Source: an uncultured bacterium (GTDB lineage Bacteria > Babelota > Babeliae > Babelales > Babelaceae). From it: a DNA stretch of 64,000 nucleotides. Positions 57,909 to 64,000 of the stretch are shown in pieces. The number at the start of each line of letters is the position of its first letter. The first letter of the stretch is position 1. Location of the stretch: assembly GCA_963713855.1 (NCBI GenBank), contig OY970209.1:992001-1056000 (forward strand), given 5' to 3'. Below the pieces are notes generated by a model. It was not told the DNA's origin. It did not search any database and worked only from the letters and a program-made list of their open reading frames with translations. A program made the translations under genes and the position numbers.

Positions 57909-59294
57909 ATGCGTAAAGTGTTTTCTATAGCCAGTTTTGGTTTACCTATTTTTATTCTCTTTGCGGCATACGCAAATGGAGCTAGTAAATCCAGTTATTA
58001 TAGAGTCTTGGAGCACCTTGCTGCTTTATCGCAAACATGCCGCACTACTATTCAAAAGGAAGGCAGCGGTGTATTTGTAATAGCCGGCTTTAGCGGAGAT
58101 TTATCAAAACGAAAACTTTTACCGGCACTTTACGAGCTTGTGCATCATGGCTTTAAAGGCGTCATTGTAGGACTTGGGCGATCTGATCTGTCAGTTGATA
58201 AGCTTATCGAAGAAGCCCGCATCTTTATCCCCCGCGTAGATGAGAAAATGCTTTTAAACCTTAGGCAAATGACGCACTATTTTAACACATCAAACCCCGA
58301 AAGCATGTCAAAGGTTTCGGAGTTTATACAAAAGCAAATACAAGAAAGGCGTCTTTTTGATAGGCGGATTTTTTACTTGGCAACGCCATCTGATAGCTTT
58401 TGCCCTTTGACAAAACAAGCTGTGGAGTCAGGTATCATTCAAAAGGGCAATAAGGATCACATTATTGTATATGAAAAGCCTTTTGGGAAAGATCTATCTT
58501 CTGCTCAAGCTGTTAATAAGTGTCTCAACTTATATATTCCACAAGAGCAGCAATACTTGGTAGATCATTATTTGACCAAAACTCTTATCAAATATGCGCC
58601 CCGTCTTGTTAGCTATTTAAGCTCACTTGGTTTTATAATCCACGATGTAGAATTCTTTTTTGACGAGAAGATAGGCATAGAAGGGCGCGGCTCTTTTTAT
58701 GAAGAGGTGGGTGTTCTTAATGACGTTGTACAGAATCATGCTTTGCAAATCCTTGCCACATTTGTTGCCGGAGCAACGCACGCAGCAAAAACAACTTTTT
58801 TGCACTCGCTCCAATTGACCCATGGTATATTTGGTCAATATGACGGCTACCGTAATGAAAAAGATGTAGATCCTTTATCCATCGTGCCAACGTATACGGA
58901 GCTTTTTTTCAAAACCAACCCAGTAAGCTTTCCAATCAGTATAAGAGCGGGCAAAAAACTGTCACGTAAAGCCACTGAGTTGAGAATACGTTTTTCAAAA
59001 CCGCAAGGCAAAGGGTCTGCGCTTCTAACGATTCGTTTGGCGCCTTCAGAGAGCTTGTCTCTCAGAGCACCACTCGTGGATAGTAATCCTAATCTTGCAA
59101 GAGCAACGCTTGATATTACATTTCCCATTAACACTACTGAACCCTATACCGTTCTTCTTTCGCGCCTTATAAGCGGCGATACCAAAATGAGTGTGACGCA
59201 AGAAGAGATAGAAGCTCAATGGCACATTATAGATACGATTCAAAGAGAAGTTTTGCCGTTCATGTTTTATGCGCCAGGTTTTGGAATGCTTTAG
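57909..59294 (+). CDS. zwf: Divergent glucose-6-phosphate dehydrogenase-like protein with N-terminal signal-like extension
   Basis: GFSGDLSKRKLLPALY, FYLATP, EKPFGKDL, VDHYLTK, EGRG, DVVQNH, GQYDGY, RAGK. Confidence 0.8.
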   Translation: MRKVFSIASFGLPIFILFAAYANGASKSSYYRVLEHLAALSQTCRTTIQKEGSGVFVIAGFSGDLSKRKLLPALYELVHHGFKGVIVGLGRSDLSVDKLIEEARIFIPRVDEKMLLNLRQMTHYFNTSNPESMSKVSEFIQKQIQERRLFDRRIFYLATPSDSFCPLTKQAVESGIIQKGNKDHIIVYEKPFGKDLSSAQAVNKCLNLYIPQEQQYLVDHYLTKTLIKYAPRLVSYLSSLGFIIHDVEFFFDEKIGIEGRGSFYEEVGVLNDVVQNHALQILATFVAGATHAAKTTFLHSLQLTHGIFGQYDGYRNEKDVDPLSIVPTYTELFFKTNPVSFPISIRAGKKLSRKATELRIRFSKPQGKGSALLTIRLAPSESLSLRAPLVDSNPNLARATLDITFPINTTEPYTVLLSRLISGDTKMSVTQEEIEAQWHIIDTIQREVLPFMFYAPGFGML

Positions 59295-59366
59295 AAAACA
59301 GTGCCGTCAATACAGTTTTTAAAAAGAGAGAAGTGGGCAGAAGAGTATGCTCCTGCCCTAACATAC

Positions 59367-59606
59367 CTATCTACTTGAAACGATGCGACGTGTGACTTGT
59401 TTTTTTGCACATACATAACATTTTTGATTCGGGTTATTCATAGTAGCGCAATATTGCTCTTTACAAATGCCCTTACTGCCATCAAATCTCGTGCAAGAAG
59501 AACCGACATTGTTTGCATTGCAAGGGGTTTTTTTATAGGTGTCTTGAGCTACCGGTACAGTCGTTCCAACAAGCCCTAAGAGCGCAAAAAATACGTATCT
59601 TTTCAT
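59367..59606 (-). CDS. Secreted six-cysteine peptide 1
   Basis: AAGGAG RBS; signal MKRYVFFALLGLVGTTVPVA; CNANNVGSSCTRFDGSKGICKEQYCATMNNPNQKCYVC. Confidence 0.8.
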   Translation of the reverse strand: MKRYVFFALLGLVGTTVPVAQDTYKKTPCNANNVGSSCTRFDGSKGICKEQYCATMNNPNQKCYVCAKKQVTRRIVSSR

Positions 59607-59712
59607 TATGTGTTCTCCTTAAATAAAATAAAAAATATATAGCACTAATATTAATTTTAATTTTTTTAAAAGCTCAAAGTCAATACTAGATGAAAAATAA
59701 AAATCTATTATA

Positions 59713-59928
59713 TTATTGCGGCTTACAGGTATAACATAGTCCGGTGAAGTGGCAAATATGCGCTCTGCAATACCCTGGTCGGGCATCCCAGGTAAGACAA
59801 GGCTTTCCTGCATTGCGGTTGCAGTCATTTACGAATTGGTTCATATGGGCGTATGATTTTTGATGAGCGTTTGAGGCACCCAAGGAGATAGAGCTGCTTA
59901 TTAGAAAGATATAAAAGCAAAATTTCAT
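59713..59928 (-). CDS. Secreted six-cysteine peptide 2
   Basis: Signal MKFCFYIFLISSSISLGA; CNRNAGKPCLTWDARPGYCRAHICHFTGLCYTC. Confidence 0.8.
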   Translation of the reverse strand: MKFCFYIFLISSSISLGASNAHQKSYAHMNQFVNDCNRNAGKPCLTWDARPGYCRAHICHFTGLCYTCKPQ

Positions 59929-59933
59929 AAGTA

Positions 59934-60332
59934 TTACCCTTCTAGGCAGCGCTTACATGCGGTTATGCACTCATTGCAAACTCGTTTACAATTATCAGCA
60001 AAATCAATACATCCCTGACTAACGCCAAGAGAGCATTGTTGAGCTGAATCTCTACACATTTTAATGCACTCGTGACATTTTTGGATGCATTCATCCAGAA
60101 GTTTGACATGTGCCTCATTGACTGCAACTTGCTTATAATCTTCGCAGTATGCGATGCATTTTTTGCATGCTTCAATGCATTCTAAGCAGTACTGGATGCA
60201 CTCTTTTGTTTGGCTGATGCAGTATTCTTTAGTGCCGCACTCTTTTACTTTTTGGCACACATCAGCGCACTCTTTGCACCTTTTGATGCAAGCTTTGCAT
60301 GCATCTATCATTTCTCGGCTCATTGCGTGCAT
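59934..60332 (-). CDS. Cys-rich four-helix-bundle metal-binding protein (Csp/DUF326-like)
   Basis: Start at 60332 after AAGGAG; 24 Cys in 132 aa arranged as CxxxCxxC helical repeats; no signal peptide. Confidence 0.8.
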   Translation of the reverse strand: MHAMSREMIDACKACIKRCKECADVCQKVKECGTKEYCISQTKECIQYCLECIEACKKCIAYCEDYKQVAVNEAHVKLLDECIQKCHECIKMCRDSAQQCSLGVSQGCIDFADNCKRVCNECITACKRCLEG

Positions 60333-60343
60333 ATTTTTCTCCT

Positions 60344-61975
60344 TTAGTATCTCCTGCCGCGGGAAGGTCGCCTTTTTTTTCTGGACTGAATTCCGCCTGG
60401 AATGACGCATGTCACGCTTACTTGTACTCGCCTACTATCAAGCGGTGTGTTTCGTAACACCGTTAAAAGTTCCGGGGTACACTGGGCAGCTACTTTGACG
60501 AACGTTTTATGCCGTAAAATGCGTATCGATTTAATTTGATCCGGCCTTAGGCCCGCCCGGTGAAGATAGTGGCTTACCAATTCTTTTACTACGCCTTCTT
60601 CTATTCCTGCAGAAAGGGAGATTTCTTGCTGTTGGTCATTTTCAACATCCACATGGGTAAATGCTATCTCTTCAAGATCGAGCGTTGAGCAGAATTGGCT
60701 ATAGAGTAGGTGAGCTGCTGCTGTACGAAGTTGCTCTGTAGAAAGTGGAGCAATAAGCGGCTCTACTTCTTTGTAAATTCCCTCTATGCTTTCAGGCAAT
60801 GTGGCTAGATACTTTTGTGCTTCTTGTAACCTTGAAGCGATAAGCTGCTCACGAGATGGTACATCTATAGGATCAATCTTCATTCCAAAGCGCCGTTCAA
60901 GCTGGCGTATATCTCTTTGCTCGTTAGTGCTGATAAATGTTATCGCTATGCCTTCCTTTCCCGCGCGTCCAGTACGCCCAATTCGGTGGACGTAACTTTC
61001 AGGATCCTCCGGTATAGAATAGTTAATAACGTGTGTAAGGCCCGCTATATCGATGCCGCGTGCTGCTACGTCAGTAGCTACAAGCACCGAAAAACCGCGC
61101 TGTTTAAATTTTTTAACCACCCGATTACGCTGCGCTTGACTAAGATCACCATGGAGAGCTTCGACGTTATACTCGTACCGTGCAAGCTGTGCTGCAAGCT
61201 CACCAACGAGCTCTTTAGTACGACAAAAGATAATACCATAAAAGTCTGAAGCACTTTGAATAAAGCGCGTTACCGCATGAAGACGATAGCGATTTGGTAC
61301 CACACAATAGTACTGCTTCGTTTTTTGAGATTCTATCGGTTTAGGAGCAACGCGAACTGAAACCGGGTCTTTCATATGCGTTTTCATAATGTCGCTAATG
61401 CCGGGCTTTACCGTTGCCGAAAAGAGCCAAATCTCACGATCTTTAGGCAAGTGTTTTAAAATATCATTAATTTCTTCTTTAAAGCCCATTTCAAGCATGA
61501 TGTCCGCTTCATCAAGTACAAGCGTGCGAACTTGGGCCAATGAAAGCGTTTTCTGCCGTAAATGATCATTGAGCCTTCCAGGTGTACCAACAACAATGTG
61601 CACACCTTCCTTTAAAGTTCTTTTTTGTTCATCAATTGAAACACCACCGTAAATGACTGCTATTTTTACCGGCATCTTTTGGCCGACTCGCTTGATGCTT
61701 TCATAAATTTGTACGGCAAGCTCACGAGTGGGAGCTACTATAAGCGCTTGAGGAACCTTTTTGGCTAAATCGAGTCGCTGTAAAAGTGGTATACCAAAAG
61801 CAAGTGTTTTTCCGGTACCCGTCTGCGCTTGGCCATGAAAATCAATCGTCTTTGCCGACAAAAGAAGCGGTATAGCCGTTTTTTGAATTTCTGTTGGCTC
61901 TTTAAAGCCAAGCTCATCCAGGCTCTCCTGTATGCTAGGCAAAAGGTGAAGATCATTAAAAGTCTGTATCGACAT
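60344..61975 (-). CDS. deaD: DEAD-box RNA helicase (DeaD/CshA-like)
   Basis: PTEIQ, AQTGTGKT, PTRELA, TPGR, DEAD, SAT, ARGID, HRIGRTGRAG, C-terminal RNA-binding-like domain. Confidence 0.93.
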   Translation of the reverse strand: MSIQTFNDLHLLPSIQESLDELGFKEPTEIQKTAIPLLLSAKTIDFHGQAQTGTGKTLAFGIPLLQRLDLAKKVPQALIVAPTRELAVQIYESIKRVGQKMPVKIAVIYGGVSIDEQKRTLKEGVHIVVGTPGRLNDHLRQKTLSLAQVRTLVLDEADIMLEMGFKEEINDILKHLPKDREIWLFSATVKPGISDIMKTHMKDPVSVRVAPKPIESQKTKQYYCVVPNRYRLHAVTRFIQSASDFYGIIFCRTKELVGELAAQLARYEYNVEALHGDLSQAQRNRVVKKFKQRGFSVLVATDVAARGIDIAGLTHVINYSIPEDPESYVHRIGRTGRAGKEGIAITFISTNEQRDIRQLERRFGMKIDPIDVPSREQLIASRLQEAQKYLATLPESIEGIYKEVEPLIAPLSTEQLRTAAAHLLYSQFCSTLDLEEIAFTHVDVENDQQQEISLSAGIEEGVVKELVSHYLHRAGLRPDQIKSIRILRHKTFVKVAAQCTPELLTVLRNTPLDSRRVQVSVTCVIPGGIQSRKKRRPSRGRRY

Positions 61976-62163
61976 TGTTTTACTTTTTGTATGAGGATTT
62001 GATTAAATTTTTACCATTTCTTTAAAGATAGCAATTTAAAGGGCCAAAAGGCAATAGTCTCTAGAACGATACATATGAGCTTTTAAGCCGTTACTCACGC
62101 CATTTCTGGCCTTTCGTGCTAAGAGTTTAGTACAATTTGCCTAAAAGAGCTAAAAGGAGTGAT

Positions 62164-62757
62164 ATGCAAAAGCTTAAGGAAGAAGAAATTCCGCCAACTG
62201 AAGATTTGATGAGAGAGCACGGTGTATTGAATCGTGTTTTACTTATCTACGAAGCAATTGTTAAAAGGATTGAACAAGGAGAAGCTTTTGTTGAACCTCT
62301 TTTAAAAGCAGTAGACATCATACAATCTTTTATCGAAAATTATCATGAAAAGCTTGAAGAAACGTATATTTTTCCGCTCTTTGAGCAAAAAAACCTCAAC
62401 GTAAGCTTGATTAAGACATTGAAAAAACAGCATAACAAGGGCCGCATTATAACTTCTCAACTAAAAGAGCTTTTGCGGTCAGCAGAGTCAGCTGCTGAAA
62501 ATCAAAAAATGATAAGGGTACTGCTTAAAAAATTCATCGTAATGTATCGCCCTCATGAAGCTCGGGAAGATACTGTCTTATTCCCTCAGGTTCGCTCGCT
62601 TTTATCAGAAGAGGCTTTTAAAAAACTTGGCGAGAAATTTGAAGATTTAGAGCACGAGCTTTTTGGTCCTGAAGGCTTTCAAGCTATTGTTAGAAAGGTT
62701 GAAAGTATCGAAAAAGAGCTCGGTATCTATCGGCTCGAGCAATTTACCCCTTCGTGA
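62164..62757 (+). CDS. Hemerythrin/HHE domain protein
   Basis: AAGGAG RBS; EDLMREHGVLNR, YHEKLEE.YIFP, QH, YRPHEAREDTVLFP. Confidence 0.85.
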   Translation: MQKLKEEEIPPTEDLMREHGVLNRVLLIYEAIVKRIEQGEAFVEPLLKAVDIIQSFIENYHEKLEETYIFPLFEQKNLNVSLIKTLKKQHNKGRIITSQLKELLRSAESAAENQKMIRVLLKKFIVMYRPHEAREDTVLFPQVRSLLSEEAFKKLGEKFEDLEHELFGPEGFQAIVRKVESIEKELGIYRLEQFTPS

Positions 62758-62768
62758 GATCAGCTTAA

Positions 62769-63998
62769 TTAGGTCAGAATCATCTGATCCGGCACGAGAG
62801 CTTGGGTCGGAGGTTGAGGCAGTGCTCTTGCATACGCATTAAACGCAGCGTTCATATCCCCTACGGGTCTTCTTGAACGTGTGTAACTGGCCAAATATGC
62901 TATGTTTCTATGAAGCTCTACGGGTAGTGCGGGAACAGTATCGTCCACCACACGACCGTGTACCGGATCCCGCTCTAAAGAGAGTAGCATGAGGCGTCTC
63001 ATGCGTCTAATAAGTAGGTGATCTTGTAGCATCCTACGAATTCTTGTGTAGGACGATCTTAGCCCTATTGTAAGATGCATGTTGCCTAATGCTGCGGTTA
63101 TTCGTAATCCTGCAGGATTTAAGTCTATGCCAAGATTATTTAGATGAAGTTCATCGTAATCAAGCAAAACTCTTACAAGATAGACATCCCCTCTGATAGC
63201 TGCTTCAAGCAGTATAGTACCCAGAAACGGTACGATATTGATTTTCATCTTTGAAGCAAGTGCTGCGAGATCGAGGAATAATGACTCATTCCCGTTTCGT
63301 CCAGCAAAACGCATCAAGCGCACAAGGTTTTCTTGCGTTATGAGCGTTCTAAGATCGTATTGAGCCGAAAGCGGCGGGTAAAGATTTGCGTTATTTTGTC
63401 CGATAATACGCGCTAGAGCCCTATTAATAGTTGTGGCAAAATCGCTGTGCGTAGGATCAAGTTGGGTTATTAGCCACTTAAAAAGTTCTTCATTGCCTGT
63501 GCCGGCTGTTGTAATGAAAGCTCGTAAAAGCGTTATTTGGTCAAAAGTATATGCTTGATGTAATTTTTGAGCTATCTCTTCGTGTTGTTGTCCAACTGCG
63601 AGTAAGAATGCCTCTATAAGGACCACATCCTTGTCCTTCATAGCATCTTTATTATTTTCGATATATTCCGTGACAGCTTCGAGTCTATTCATCAAAACTG
63701 CTTTAAAAATTTCCCTCTTACCGCAAATACTATCAAAAAGATTTGGAAATCGGGAGAACGGTAAATGATCTAACGAGCCGCCTTCCTCCAAAAACACTCT
63801 TAAAAGTAAACAAAGATAAGGATGTCGTTCGATACGTTGCTCAAAACGATTGAGCGCTGCAAAGTTTATTACCGGCTGAGCTCCCGCTTCAAGTAAAGTA
63901 CCCATAAATAACTGTATGAAACCTGCTATAAAGGTAACGCTTGAATCCCTTTTGGAATACTCTTCTTGGATGGCCTTTTGAAATTCTTCGTGCAGCAT
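62769..63998 (-). CDS. Degenerate ankyrin-like repeat protein, possibly 5'-truncated by the window edge
   Basis: Repeats EAFLLAVGQQH, RAFITTAGTGN, MRFAGRNGN, LLEAAIRGDVYLVRVLLDY; C-terminal LPVELHRNI. Confidence 0.75.
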   Translation of the reverse strand: MLHEEFQKAIQEEYSKRDSSVTFIAGFIQLFMGTLLEAGAQPVINFAALNRFEQRIERHPYLCLLLRVFLEEGGSLDHLPFSRFPNLFDSICGKREIFKAVLMNRLEAVTEYIENNKDAMKDKDVVLIEAFLLAVGQQHEEIAQKLHQAYTFDQITLLRAFITTAGTGNEELFKWLITQLDPTHSDFATTINRALARIIGQNNANLYPPLSAQYDLRTLITQENLVRLMRFAGRNGNESLFLDLAALASKMKINIVPFLGTILLEAAIRGDVYLVRVLLDYDELHLNNLGIDLNPAGLRITAALGNMHLTIGLRSSYTRIRRMLQDHLLIRRMRRLMLLSLERDPVHGRVVDDTVPALPVELHRNIAYLASYTRSRRPVGDMNAAFNAYARALPQPPTQALVPDQMILT

Positions 63999-64000
63999 TT

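Overview
Bacterial chromosomal window, moderately AT-rich. The gene mix (many orphan ORFs with Sec-type signal peptides, ankyrin/Sel1/beta-propeller repeats, a DOT1-like methyltransferase) suggests a protist-associated intracellular bacterium such as Candidatus Dependentiae/Babelota; this taxonomy is inference only. A housekeeping core (dnaK; carD-miaA-ppiD-like-recA-infC-rpmI-rplT; zapB-like-zapA-rny-ymdB; galU, prs, deaD, SOD) sits among accessory exported proteins. Most notable: (1) five paralogous beta-propeller proteins; the three long ones have exactly 28, 21 and 21 repeats and share a C-terminal GDGGS-TM-YKY-basic tail; (2) a promoter- and terminator-bounded structured RNA of about 100 nt downstream of dnaK; (3) a MerA-like reductase lacking its C-terminal Cys-Cys, overlapped by an unannotated upstream peptide ending in CCG; (4) several small secreted Cys-rich peptides and a three-gene small-protein operon partly missed by the ORF track; (5) normally cytoplasmic enzyme folds carrying signal peptides; (6) two toxin-antitoxin modules apparently fused by a deletion that removed both toxins. 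No CRISPR array, rRNA, tRNA or transposase was recognised. All family calls come from reading motifs by eye, not from database searches.
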